This document shows, in pieces, positions 48,820 to 62,690 of a stretch of DNA of 64,000 nucleotides. The stretch's first letter is position 1; every line of letters begins with the position of its first letter. Made by a program: the position numbers and the translations under genes. Below the pieces are notes generated by a model. That model searched no databases. It saw only the letters and a list, made by a program, of their open reading frames with translations, and was not told where the DNA came from. The DNA is from Eledone cirrhosa (lineage: Eukaryota), in the NCBI GenBank assembly GCA_964016885.1, contig OZ024741.1, positions 169,508,001-169,572,000 of the forward strand, written 5' to 3'.

Positions 48820-51528
48820 TCATCATCATCATCATTTTATGTCCGCTTTTCCCTGCTTGCAAGGGTGGGACGGGTCCTATTCAGCACAGCATCTCTCCAC
48901 TTGTCACTATCTTTCGTCATCTCCACCGTGAGCTTCAGCGATCTGAGATCTGCTCTCACCACCTCCGCCCATGTTTCCCATGGTCTTCCTCTACTACGTC
49001 TTCCTTCAACTGGCATTTCTTATCGGTTATCCTCCATGTGCATCACATGTCCATACCATCGCAGTCTCCTCTCCTGCACATTACACTTTATTCCTCTCAG
49101 ACACAATTTCTCTCTCAACTCATCCATGCTCGGCTGTTCACGCACATTGACATTGCACATCCAACGGAGCATGCTTGCCTCATTTTTCTCCAGCCGTCGC
49201 ATATCCTCTACAGTTGCTGCCCAGGTCTCACTTTCATGCAGCATCGCGCTCCTCACGCAGGCATCATATAACCGCCCTTTCGTACGCAGGAAGAAACCCT
49301 TCTTCGTCAGCAGAGGAAGCAGTTCCCTAAACTTCTTCCGACCCGTCCTTATTCTAGATACTATGGCCTCAGAACACCCCCCTCCCATGCTAATCTGATG
49401 ACCTAGGTACCGGAAGCTATCAACCACTTCTATAGCACCCACCCGCATTTGAAAAATGTGTCTATCAATGCGACTTCTACTGTCAAATTTCCCTGTACAT
49501 CTACTGCATACGTATTTCTCCCTACCTGTTAGTTTGCCTGCTATCCCACTACATCTCTTGTGTACCCAAGATCTGCATTGTGTACATTTTATAGAATTTA
49601 TGCCAGTTCCTTTTCTGCATATCGAACATGGCCATTTCCCTGACAGAATCAGAGTTTTGTCCTCTTTTCTACTCATCAACACTTTTGTCTTAGCTAGGTT
49701 CACTCTCAGTCCTCTTGATTCCAACTGCTGTTTCCAGAATTTATTCTCTAGCTCCTCTACTGATTCTCCTATAAGAACCAGATCGTCAGCATAGAGAAGT
49801 TCCCATGGGCAGCCAGTCTTAAACTCCTCTGTTATCGCTTGGAGGACTATAATGAACAAGAGTGGTCTGAGGACCGAATCCTGATGTACTCCTACTTGTA
49901 TCTGGAATTCCTCACTAAACTCCATTCCTACCCTCACTTTACTGACACACCTCTGTACAAAGCTTGCACTCTGCTCACAAGCCATTCCTCAACACCTAGT
50001 TTCCTTAGGGACCATCAGATGACAGATCTGGGTACCCTATGAAAGGCCTCTAGGTCAACAAAAGCTAAGTATAGTGACTTATTCTTCTCTAAGAACCTCT
50101 CTTGTAATTGTCTCACTAAGAAGAGGACATCTGTTGTACTTTTCCCAGGCACAAAACCAAACTGCATCTCATCTAGTTTGACCCTTTCTCTAATTAGTTG
50201 CGCTAATATCCTTTCTGCCACTTTCATAACCTGATCCATCAGTTTTATGCTCCTATAATTGCTCCTCTCCAGAGCATCCCCTTTACCTTTGTAGCAATTT
50301 ATGAGAATACTGCTGCATCAGTCTTTGGGTATGACACCGCCATATAGAGCCTGATTGATGCTGCATGCAACCAGTTTAGTGCCTACGTCCCCTAATGCCT
50401 TCAGCATCTCAGCAACTATCCCCGATGGTCCAGCGGCCTTACCATTTTTCATTTCCTTAATCGCCTCTTGGACCCTATATTCGTCAATCTCTATAGCTGG
50501 TCCCTCTGTCGGATCTACTGAGGGTAATTTCTCTCTCTCCCATTCGTTCTCCACATTCATCAGTCTCTCATAATGACATTTCCAGGCCTCCTTTTTCTGA
50601 TCATTTGTGACACTAAGTACACCAGCATCATTCCGGACACAATTATCTCCAACAACATCCTGATTTGCATTGACACACTGCCTTGCAGTGTGGAACACCA
50701 CACGTCTCTGATCTTCCTGTCGCAGAACATTGGCAAACCTCCTACTCTCAGTACACCTGACGTCTAGCTTCTCTCTTAGCGGCTGTATATCCTTCTCCAC
50801 TCCCACCCTTTTTCCAAGCCTTCCATGCTAGTCTTTTGTCTCTAATAGCCCTATCTACCATGCTGTTCCACCACCAAGTCACTCTCTGTCTGAGCTCCAA
50901 CCACAAGTTTCTTCAGTAGCCTGCAGTAAGTTGTCACGTAAGAAATTCCAGTTATCATCTATGTCATATGACTCTAAATCCTCTTCTTTTTCGTCATACA
51001 CATCTAAATTTGTATTTTAGTGAAAGGTCTTTTAGCTTCCAGACCTTTCTTCTCCACACCTTCCTGTATGTCTCATTCCGTCTCCTGCTTACTGAGATAT
51101 CACTAACAACTAACCTATGCTGTGTGGTACATTCTTCCCTGGGGTATGCCTTGGTATTTGACACCATCTGCTTGTCCCGCTGCCTAACTAGTAAGAAGTC
51201 AATCTGGCTTATGTGCTCGCCTGATTTGTAGGTTATTAGGTTGTTGGCAGGTTTCTGGATGTTAGTGTTGCAAATGGTTAGTGCACTTGCATCACAAAAT
51301 TCAAGAAGTCTCACTCCTTCATTTCTTGAGCCGTAACCGTGCCCACCGTGTACCCCAGTGTAACCATCCTGGAGCTGCTCAATATGACCATTAAAGTCCC
51401 CTGCTAGCATAACAATGTCTCCGTCCTCTGTCATTGCGGCTGTTTGTAAAAGTTGCTCGTAAAAGCAGTCTTTCTCTTCTTTACCTAGGCCTGCCTGGGG
51501 AGCATAGGCAGAGATAATTGTGAGTAGT
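48820..51528 (-). mobile_element. Degenerate RTE LINE (family 2), endonuclease plus RT
   Basis: SAYAPQ, AGDFNGH, QFGF and YADD spread over several frameshifted ORFs. Confidence 0.92.
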
Positions 51529-51954
51529 CATATATATATATATATATTGTTATACTTTGGGAGGGTTATGCTGCCAATAAAAACATACCTGTTGGTTTTC
51601 ACTTCAATTTATTATAAGTTTCTGGTTGGCTGGTTGGTTCGATAACCGGTAGGTTGTTTATATATTGTCAAAGCTCTATATATATTGTCAGACACTAGGT
51701 TTTTATTGTCAGCATGACCTTCCCAAAGTATAACAATATCTGTTTCAACACACGTTTTCAGATAAGAAATCTCGCAAAACAAATTAAAAAACGAATTATA
51801 TACATATATATTTAAAGTGTGTATGTTTATAATTTTAAAAATAAATGGTTTAATATGTATAATCAAACCAATACTTACTGTATGACAAAAAAAAAAAAAT
51901 ATATATATATATATTTAAAGTGTGTGTGTTTATAATTTAAACTGAAATGCTCTT

Positions 51955-52160
51955 CTACCTAGCAGCAATGCCATTTGTTACATACTTGTGATATGTGTTG
52001 TACAGTTGTTTTACTCGCATTTCTTGGGCCAGCAAAGTTATAGAACCTGCATTTTGCATTATTATCAACTAAACTTTCTATGACACTGTCAACTATGTGA
52101 TGTTGCAGCTCATTTAAACTTTGTATTTTAATGTCACCAGCAGTGGCATTATTCAAATGA
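51955..52160 (-). mobile_element. Helitron Pif1-like helicase relic
   Basis: LNELQHHIVDSV...F..GPRNASKT resembles the motif I region (G.GG.GKT). Confidence 0.55.
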
Positions 52161-54952
52161 ACCTACTTGATCATCATTATCTTCAACATCATCATTTTAC
52201 ACTCATTTTCTATACTGGCATTTGTTGGACAGATTGTCAGAGTCAAGGACTACACTAGTTGAAATCTATGTCCTGCTCTTATCTTCCATTTTTATATGGT
52301 TTCTACTGTTGCATTCAACTAACATCAACTACTTTACAGAATATTCTGTGTGAATTTTATTGTTGCACCAGTACTACCAGATACATAATGTACTGGGTGC
52401 ATTTTATCATGACACCAGCATTACCACCCACAGATTGTCCTAGGTGCATTGATGTCATCATTAAAGATTGGTGTACATTCAATTAATCCTCCATCATGGC
52501 AGTCTATAATGAATTTTTGTTGAATATCACAGTACTTTGTTGTAAGCTTCTTCATTTGTTTTGATACTATGAAATCCTAGATAGATTATTGCTCCAACTG
52601 AGGGTCTCTTGATCTATTTAGAACACATATATTCATCATCATCATTTAATATCCATCTTTCATGCTAGCAAGGGTTGTATGGGTTTTCACAGACTGAGTC
52701 AGTACATAATGGCTAACAATTTTATCATTTGGGAAGGTATACTGTTTTCTACAGCTTTTCATATACATCATACTCATTCCTCATTATTCAACAAAGGACG
52801 GCGGATTGGCAGTATTGGTAGAGCGTCAGACACCATGCTTTGCAGCATAGAGTTATGACCCTTTACATTCTGAGTTTGAATCCCACTGAGGTTAGCTTTG
52901 CCTTTCATCCTTACGGGGTCTATAAAATAAAACACCAGTAATGCACTGGGGTAATTGCTGGCCTTGTGCCAAAAGTGGAAACAATTATTTAAATTGTATG
53001 AATATTTATAAAATTTGTGGCTCTTTTTACATGTTGTAATGATAATCTGAAGTCAAATATCTCAGCTTCCTTTGGATGTACTCCACATATTTCACATATT
53101 CTCTGTTTTCTTGTTGTCAAAGACATAATTCTTTCTTACATTGGTTTTATGGCATTTAGTTATGGCCTATTATGTTGAGTTCAAATCCCACCAAGGTCAA
53201 CTTAGCCTTCCATCCTTCTAGGATCGATGAAATAAAGTATCAGTAGAGAACTGGGTTCATTATAATCAAATTTCTTCTCCTCCCCAAATTGCTGGCCTTG
53301 TGCCTAATTTAGAAATCATTATAATATATACCTGACAGAGTGTTTAACCTTGATCAGCTAGGTGGTTTTCCAGAGTGAGGCCCTTCCATTTTGTTCTGTG
53401 TTGACCTTCATGATTGCCACAAATGTGGGTGACTGGCATGTGCTATTTCTAATTCGTAGCTCTTTTTAGATGTAGTATTGATAACCCGAAGTCAGATTCC
53501 TCAGTTACCTTTGAATGTATTGCATTCTAGAGATTATTTTATCTTCAAATATTTCTGTTTTCTTTCTAACATTGGCACAAAGTTAACAATTGAAGAGAAG
53601 AGTAAGACAAATATATCAACACATTTTTTCCAACGTTCTGCCAATACTACCAATCCACTGCACTCAGTCAAAGACATAATAGTAAGGAATTTCAGAGTAG
53701 ACATACTGTTTGGTAGCCTCAAAAGGTCACCTTACTCTCGAGTATTTCTGACATTTGTACATTATTCATTGCCATTCTGAGTTCAAATCCCACCGAGGTT
53801 AACTTTGCCTTTCATCCTTACGGGGTCGATAAAATAAAGTACCAGTAATGCACTGGGTAATTGCTGGCCTTGTGCCAAAAGTAGAAACAATTATTTAATG
53901 AGTTGCAGTGCACCTGAGCACTGTACACAATAATTGGGGTCGATAACATAAAGTACCTGTAATGCACTGGGATAATTGCTGGCCTTGTGCCAAAAGTAGA
54001 AGTAATTATTATTTTAAATTTCTGAGCATTTGGGGGAATGTATTTCATATATACTATTAGTGTTAACTACTCTTTTGCATCTGCCATATATGGTAGAGCC
54101 TACCCTTCCATATTAGAGTATTGGACTAATGCTTTACAATATTTATTCAATCACTTTTATATTCTGAGTCAAATCCTTTGTCTTCCATCCTTCTGGGATT
54201 GATAAAATAAAGTACCACTCAGGCCCTAGGGTTGATTTCATCGACTACCCTCCTGCCCAAACTTACTGGCCTTGTACTCTAATTTGAAACCATTTGAGGG
54301 TACTGAATTAGCAGAATTGTTACAGCATGGGACAAAATGGCTTATGACATAGAGTTACAACCCTTTACGTCCTGAGTCCAAATCCTGCCACGGTTAGCTT
54401 TGCCTTTCACCCTTACGGGATCGATAAAATAAAGCAGCACTAATGAACTGGGGCTGATTTAACCCTTTAGCATTCACATTATTTTATATATACTATTATA
54501 TTTTAATGGTAAAGGCTTTATCTCACATAATTATCTCACATAATATCGAATCTATGAGATTTTGAAAGTATTTATTTTGAAAACAATACCTTAACATCAG
54601 TGTGAGCGACCAGTTGCAGCCAGTTTCAACAGAAAGAGGTATAGAATTCTGGCTGTTTTTGGTCGGTTTGAACACTAAATGGTTAATTGATTTTCCCCTC
54701 CCCCCAAATTGTTGTCATTGTGCCTGAATCAAAAAACATTATTGGCAGTATCGGTAGAGGGTCGGACTCCATGCTTTGGCGCATAGAGTTACGGCCCTTG
54801 CCATTCTGAGTTCAAATCCCGCCGAGGTTAACTTTGCCTTTCATCCTTACAGGGTCGATAAAATAAAGTACCAGTAATGTACTGGGTAATTGCTGGCCTT
54901 GTGCCAATAGTAGAAACAATTATTATTATTATTGTTTTTTTTTTTTTTTCAG

Positions 54953-55059
54953 TCTGTCTCTCTGTTGATGTTTTCTACTTGTCAGAAGTATTTAGCAGCA
55001 GGATGTTATGATGGGTTATTGTTAATTTTTGACTGGAGCAAAAGACTTTGTGTACAGAG
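54953..55059 (+). CDS. WDHD1: WDHD1 exon 8 (SVSLLMFSTCQKYLAAGCYDGLLLIFDWSKRLCVQ)
   Basis: Poly-T plus CAG acceptor, GTAAGT donor. C..YLAAG motif. Confidence 0.92.
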
Positions 55060-56784
55060 GTAAGTGAAGGGTGTTGTCAGTTTATTGTTTTTAGCACCAG
55101 TTCAACTTTGATCTGTTTTGAAAAGCATTCTAGATGTGACCATCCTGTCCTTTTCCTATGTGCAAGGGACCCAAGACCACATTGTGCCTTTTTTTATAAG
55201 TATGTAAAGTAAATTTAGCTGTTATTTCTAGTAGTTTGAGCAACCCTGTAGAAGCTCCATCATTGGCTCAGATTGTTTTTAACATCAGATTGAATCTGAT
55301 AAAGGAAAGTGTTCCAGTTGTGACTATCACATAAGGTTGTCTAACACAGTCTATCCAGGACCTCATTCTTCTATGTGCCCCCCCCCCTCCTTCTTTTTAA
55401 AAAACTCTTTAGCATTTAAACCGGCCATATCCGGCCAGAATTCTCTCACCTCTTTCTGTTCAAACCAGCTGTAACTGGCCGCTCATACCTACATTAAGGT
55501 ATTGTTCTCAAAATAACATCAAATCGCATAGATTCGATATTATGTGAGATAATTATGTAAAACTGTGAAAATACAATAGTATATAGAATAATGTAAATGC
55601 TAAAGGATTAAAGTTAGTTTCTAGCTCTTCAATCAACCACATAGAGGCCTCTTTGTTGGTTTGTGATGTAGTGTAGTGGGATATGTTGGTAATTTTTCAT
55701 TGGGGCATTAAGCAATATCTCATAACTTATTTGTCTTGAGACACCATTGCGTGCTTTTTACCTTCATTGTACCTACTCTGACCTATGGTCATGAAGCTTA
55801 GGTAATGACTGAAAGAATACAAGAGTAATATTACTGGCCGCTCATTCTGATGTTAAGATATTGTTCTCAAAATAAATAATATCAAAATCTCATAGATTTG
55901 ATATTATGTGAGATAGAACCTTTACCATGAAAATATAATAGTGAATATAGAGTAATGTAGATGCTAAAGGGTTAATGTCTAAACACATGTAGCAAAGGAG
56001 AGAGTGCAGGAGCAAAGGTGTCCGAGATATGGGATCCTGTCTGGTTTGAGATGTCATCGACTCCAGTTAAATACTGACTTGGGTTATGTTGACCTGCCTA
56101 CCCTTTGCTAGGAAGGAAAATGGATGTTAAATGATGATGATGATGAATGAGGCTGTTTCTTTCAATCTCATTTATAATATAATTATATGGAATATTCAAC
56201 AGTAGACTGAAAGCATTGTTTATAGACAGACATTATAAACAAAGTTTTGTTATATTAATATATTTGAACTATACACTTTACACAGATATATACACAGATA
56301 ACCTTTATATAATAACCCTTCACATGGGATTAATTGAAAATTCTGTTTATTGAAAATCCTTATGATCAAAGATTTAATATTTTTGTTGAGGAAGGATGAA
56401 AGTGATTTAATGAGAATCAAGAATGAGTTGTGGAAGGAAAAGGAAAAGACCAAAATAATTGTTTCTACTTTTGGCACAAGGCCAGCAATTATCCCAGTGT
56501 ATTACTGGTACTTTATTTTATCAACCCCATAAGGATGAAAGGCAAAGTTAACCTTGGTGGGATTTGAACTCAGACCGTAAAGGGTCGTAACTCTATACTG
56601 CATAGCATGGTGTCCGACTCTCTACTGATAGTGCCAATCCACTGCCATTGACCATCCAATGGAGGAAAACATTAAAGCGAGGTGGTGTGCAGATAAAGGA
56701 AAATGGAGAAACTGATCATTATTGTAGCCAACATAAAACCATAATTTTATGCTAAATTTCAGTAGAAGAAATGCTAAAGTCCAA

Positions 56785-57654
56785 TCATAACTATAATAAA
56801 GGGAGGGGTGCGGGACTGCGTCCCGGATATATTTTTTATCCCGTTAGTAAAATAAATTAGATTACTTTGAATAAATAAATAATTTATCTACTAAATTTCA
56901 TAGCTGTTGATTAAACATAAATATTCTTATATATAATGATTGCTTATTTTAAGATTCACTTCTTTTAAAATTTTCAAATGTCTACACTTCCAGTTAGCGT
57001 CTGTTATATCATAACACTTATTACATTGCTTATGTAAACATCCATATATTTGCATCGTTATATAAGGTTTCATTACATTTCACCGTAATGCAGTTTATAT
57101 ATAATATCGTCTTTTTTAAAATGTATCCTGGATTACTTTACTGATTACAGAAGAGAGTGTAACACAGTCTCTCTTCAATTTCTGTGCATATTGTCAATTA
57201 CATATTTATTTGACATATATGGAGGCACATGGCTTAGTGGTTAGAGCATTGGCCTTGCAATCGAAAGGTTGTGAGTTCAATTCTCAGACCGGGTGATGTG
57301 TTGTTTCCTTGAGCAAGACACTTTATTTCACATTGCTCCAGTTTACTCAGCAGTAGAAATGAGATGATAGGGACTGGGGTCCCTATCATTCCACTGCAAA
57401 GTGGTCGTGGAGGTGCCACGGCAAAAAAGCACCCAGCACTCACTGTAAATGAGGTTGGTGTTAGGAAGGGCATCCAGCTGTAGAAATCAAGCCAAAATCA
57501 GTTCCCGTCCCACCCTTGCAAGCAGGGAAAAAGCGGACGTTAAATGAAATGATGATGATGATCATATCTACATGCATGTTTATTTGCATATAATATAAAT
57601 ATGCACATTACACATGCTAACAGAAAACCACTCGAAAGGTGGTTTTTCTGCTAG
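56785..57654 (+). mobile_element. Non-autonomous Helitron (family B) containing a SINE at 57220-57562
   Basis: A|TCATAACTATAATAAAG ... AAAACCAC/GTGGTTTT hairpin plus CTAG|T. Confidence 0.75.
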
Positions 57655-57679
57655 TTATATTAAAAAACTTAATTTTTAT

Positions 57680-59988
57680 TTACATTCTTTCAACATTGAG
57701 AAATAATTTCTTCAATTTCACTGATTTGTTCACTTTCAGCTGCAGTCTCTCAGTCTTGACTTTTGTATACATGCAAGGTCCCAATCTTGTTAAATATAGG
57801 CTTTGGAATGTCAATCTTTTTGCATTTGTCATATCTGTTTAGGCCATATTTTACAGAAAGTATTGACTCAAGAAAAGGAAGCTACATTTTTTTTTTTCCA
57901 TTTTGATTTGACTCTTTTTCTATTTTGATTTCATACTGCTGAACAATTGTTTGAGTTTAGCAATATTGATAGGTAAATTGCAAATCACGCAACATTTGTA
58001 AAGGTGAAGAGATATCCTCCAGTAGCGTCTTTATAATCTAAAACTTCTAATCAGAATACCACAGTATTAGATATATCTTTCCATTTAAATAAATGGAATC
58101 TATTAAATTGAATTTCAATTGGATCAATTTTTTTCTTCATTTAAATGCATTTCTTCTAGGACTGGAAAAATTGGCTTTTTTAAATATCTCAAAGTGTTCT
58201 TTCTCTACTGAAAAACATTTGATATTCCTTAGTATATTAAACTTTTGTGGCAAATCTTGCTTGAGCTCTTTATAAATGCAGAGTATACAATGTGCTCTTT
58301 TACGAATATTATTTTCTTCAGTCTTCTTGATCATCATTTCTGTTATCTTTCTCTTGAATCTGTAGCCTAAATTTGGTTTTGTATTAAGAAATTCTTCAAT
58401 ATAAGCATCAGCATGAAGAGGATCAATTCTACATGTTGGCAATACTTTCATATTAGTAATAGATTTGAACAAATTCAAAAGTTCTACAACTAATTTCATT
58501 TTATTAACAGTGTTTCATCAAAATGATTTATACACTTCCTGAACATGTTTTAGAATTGGATGTAAAAATAAAAGGAAAAGTTCATTCTTAGGATTACGAA
58601 AACATTTCATGTAGCGTTTGAGCTGTAAAGCACTTTTCTTTTGTACTTGTAGTTTGGAAGTGAGTTTGTAATTCAAACCATTGGCTTAAAATTCTAGTTA
58701 CAGTTGGTTCTATTGACAGCCGCCTAGTTGCACAAGAATTCACAATATTCAAGGTCTTCTAATTATTGATAGGAAGGTAAAGCTGCTTGTAAGCTCTTTG
58801 TCTAGTTGTAGAGTGAGAGAACCATTTATTGGTTTGAGATACTAAAATTCTAAGTTTTTGGGCAGGCATTCACTACAAGTGTGGGATACTGTCAAATGTA
58901 AAGAAGGATATACACATCTAAATAGAAGTAATGATGGAACTTCTTTTAATTTCTGGAAAACACCATTGTTGACTCATATCATTACACTGGCATTGTTGGT
59001 TCCTTGAGCCAGCAGATTTTTTATGTTTAATTTCATTTTCCCCAATTCAATATTTAAAGCATCTACAATACCATATGCACCACATGTCTTTAACCCTTTA
59101 ATGTTCAAACCGGCCAAACCCGGCCAGAATTCTCTACCTCTTTCTGTTGAAACAAGCTGTAACTGATCACTCAAACTGATGTTAAGGTATTCTCAAAATG
59201 AATACTTTCAAAATCTCATAGATTCGATATTGTGAGATAATTATGCGAGTTAAAACCTTTACCATGAAAATATAATAGTATATATAGAGTAAAAGGGTTA
59301 AAGATACTATACTGAGATATGTGTGTCCTACTTTATTGTGATTTTCACTGTAATATATGATAACAATTCCTAACAATTTATTTAATGATATTTGCACATT
59401 TTGTACAATGCAACTTCACTTCGTGTATGATATCACTATTTGATACATAATTTTTACACAAATCTACTAAGTGATCACAGCTATTAAATAATGAGTGGCA
59501 ACAAATAAACATGGCTAAACTTGCTTCAAATATAGATGTCTTATCTTTGGTTTTAATAAAATTGTTATGAGGAATAATTTGCTGTAGTGTCTTATGATTC
59601 TTTGTTTCACAGTGACTTACTAAAAGAGAATGTTTTGCCAAAATATCACATCTACAATATTTGCAATGTATTTTGGATTATTCGCTAGGTATTTCACATT
59701 CCTACTTAGTAAACGCTGGCTTAACTCTTTAGCATTGACATTAATCTATATATACTATTGTATTTTTGTAGTAAAGGCTTTATCTTACATAATATCAAAT
59801 CTACAAGATTTTGATGTTATTTATTTTGAGAACAAGACCTTAACGTCAGTATGAGTGGTCTGTTACGGCTGGTTTGAACAGAAAGAGGCAAGAGGATTCT
59901 GGCCGGTTATGGCCAGTTTAAATGCTAAAGAGTTACGCCATTCTTTTCTGAAGTTTTGTTGGCTCAGCTTTGTCTTTCCTTTGCTCAT
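57680..59988 (-). pseudogene. hAT-family transposase fossil interrupted by two TTAA MITEs
   Basis: N-terminal CKYC...H....H finger, DHL..L.K and KLH.TKC motifs, C-terminal LPISNA dimerisation remnant, many stops. Confidence 0.75.
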
Positions 59989-61428
59989 TTTAATATAGGG
60001 AGAAGCAAAAAAATAAATTGAATGATTAATAAAAAAAAAAAAAAATTGAACATACGACTTATCCATTTGCCGTTAAGGATACTGATTTAGGGTGCAGGGT
60101 TGCCAACTTATAAATGGAGAAGTAAAATGTGCTGAAATTCTAAAAATGGGAACATAAAATTTTACATTCAATCTTTCATTTCACATCTATTGCTGATACT
60201 ACAAATATAAATACAGTATGTGGGGTGGGGGAAGAAAAAGTGAGGAGACCCAGTACTTTCACACAAGACTTACAATTCAAAAACATGAAAAAATGAAAGC
60301 CTATTTATAAAATAAATCAGCCTGTCACAATAAAAACTTATCACCACTGAATTGGCATTGTTGCTTAATGCTAATGTCAGCTCGTAGATAGGACAAATTT
60401 ATGTGTTTTCTTTATTCCTGACATGTTTACATTAAAGATTATTGGTTGAAGAACTTGAGTGCTGGCATGAATTACCCAACATCTCTCCCACCTTGCATCT
60501 GGCTAGGGCTGAAAGGGTGACAATAAAATACTTGGTAGTCGTTTATTTGAAGTATCATGAAAGTGAAAAAACATTCAACAATAACCAATACACTAAAATT
60601 TGGCTGTAAAATACTTAAAGAAGAGAAAAAAGAAGTTGAAAAATGTAGAAAAGTGCAAGGAAAAATACAAAAGAAAAAGAGTATCTATTGGAGAAATGTC
60701 ATAATCAGAGAAAAATGCTAAATAAAATGTTCAAACTGCTAAATAAAATGTTCAAACTGCTATTTTTCCTGCTAAATGCTGAGAAAAAAATGCTAGATCT
60801 AGCATTAAAAATGCTAAATTGGCAATACTACTGATCATGGAGTCTGCCAGGCATATACTTGCTTTAGCAGAGATGATAGTTGGAAAACGATTGTTGTTAG
60901 TTGTGTGTGAATTATCTGAGATTAAGCTTTTCATGATTATATTTCTAATGAAATACATTCGATTTCAATTAATTAATGAAAAACACTATTTCATATAATT
61001 AATTGTTTCTACTATTAGCACAAAGCCAGCAATTACCCAGAACATTACTGGTACTTTATTTTATCGACCCCATAAGGATGAAAGGCAAAGTTAACCTCGG
61101 CGGGATTTGAACTATTTCATATAATTAATGAAACATTTTGAGGGATTTACTAAAAATATTTTTTGTTACTATGGTAGTAATTTAACATTATGGTTCTTAG
61201 AATTATGTTGGCAGATTTTAATTTAAATTGGAACCCCCTTAGAACCAGAGCAGGTTTTCATTAAGTTTGTATCAAAAAGGTTAATATCTAACTGTAATTT
61301 TAAAGAAACTTAGATACAAAGGGAGGCCAGCTTTTAAAGCTTGAGAGAGACAAAAATATTTTATTCTGAACCCAGAAAACGTTGACTGCTTGCTGATAGT
61401 AACATACACATGTTAACTATGCTGTGAT

Positions 61429-61467
<39 letters not shown>

Positions 61468-61714
61468 CATTTCTAATTTAGGCACAAGATCAGCAGTTTG
61501 GGGGAGAGTGAAGTCAATTAAATTAACCCTAGTACATTACTGGTACTTTATTTTACCAACCCCAGAAGGAAGAAAGGCAAAGTTAACCTTGGTGGTATTT
61601 GATTTCAGAATCTAAAGAGTCTGAACAAATACTGTTAAGCATTTGTCTGATGCTTGAATGACTCTGCCAAGTCACCGGCCTAGATGATGATAATAAAAAT
61701 AATAATTAAAATGA

Positions 61715-62160
61715 TTGTGTACAGTGCTCAAGGTGCACTACAACTCATCGAAGGTGCATGTATAGTACATAGAACAATGTACAAATGTCAGGAAAGTGAA
61801 CAGTGTATGAGTCATGATATACACACAGATGCATACATTTGTATGGAGGGGTAATATCACGTGTAGTGTTGGTGAATTTCGGGAAGCATGGAAGTTTGGA
61901 AAGATGCAGTGTCCTGACAGCTAACAAGTGATGCAGGTAGTTTATTCCATGCTTCAGCAACTCTAAATGTGAAAAAATGTTTCCGAAAGTCATGGGAGCT
62001 GTACTGTTTTCCTATTGTGTAAGCATGTCCATAGGTGTTAGACACATGGAATTCAAAAAGGTGTTCAGGGTTGTTGTTGGCAAGATGGTTAATAATTTTG
62101 TGGGTGTCACCAAGTTAATTGCCAGATGTCGGAGCTTTAATGTATCCATAATGGTTTCAT
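61715..62160 (-). mobile_element. CR1-type LINE 3' fragment
   Basis: RKHFFTFRVAEAWNKLP motif. Confidence 0.8.
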
Positions 62161-62406
62161 ATTTAGGCACAAAATCTGTAGTTTGCAAGAGGGAACATTA
62201 ATTATATTGTCCTCAGAATGTGACTGGTACTTTATTTTTATCAAGCCTGAAAGGTATAAAAGACAATGTTGACTTCAGCAGAATATGAACTTAGATCCAG
62301 AAGAGCTATAATTCTATATGGCAAGGCATTTTGCCCAGTGCTATAACAATTCTGCCTATCTAATAGTAGTAGTAATAACCTTTTTGTTTGCTTTTTGTCA
62401 TTATAG

Positions 62407-62485
62407 TTATAAACATGAGAAGACCTTCACCGCCATTTGCTGGAATCCAAAAAATAGCAATGAAATTGTTTTCACTGATAACGAG
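62407..62485 (+). CDS. WDHD1: WDHD1 exon 9 (YKHEKTFTAICWNPKNSNEIVFTDNE); gene continues past the window
   Basis: TTATAG acceptor, GAG|GTAATT donor. KHEK...W.P...TD.E as in WDHD1. Confidence 0.9.
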
Positions 62486-62496
62486 GTAATTTTTTT

Positions 62497-62690
62497 GTTA
62501 TCACTACCACCATCAGCACTATCATTACCACCATCATTATCATCACCATCACTATTACCACCATCATTATCATTACTATCGCCACCATCATTATCATCAC
62601 TATCACCATTACTATCATTATTGCCACCACTATCACCATCATCATCACTGTCATTGACATCACCATCTTTATCATTATCATCATTGTCAC
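62497..62690. repeat. Imperfect (ATC/ACC/ATT)n trinucleotide repeat
   Basis: Seen directly, immediately after the exon 9 donor. Confidence 0.9.
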
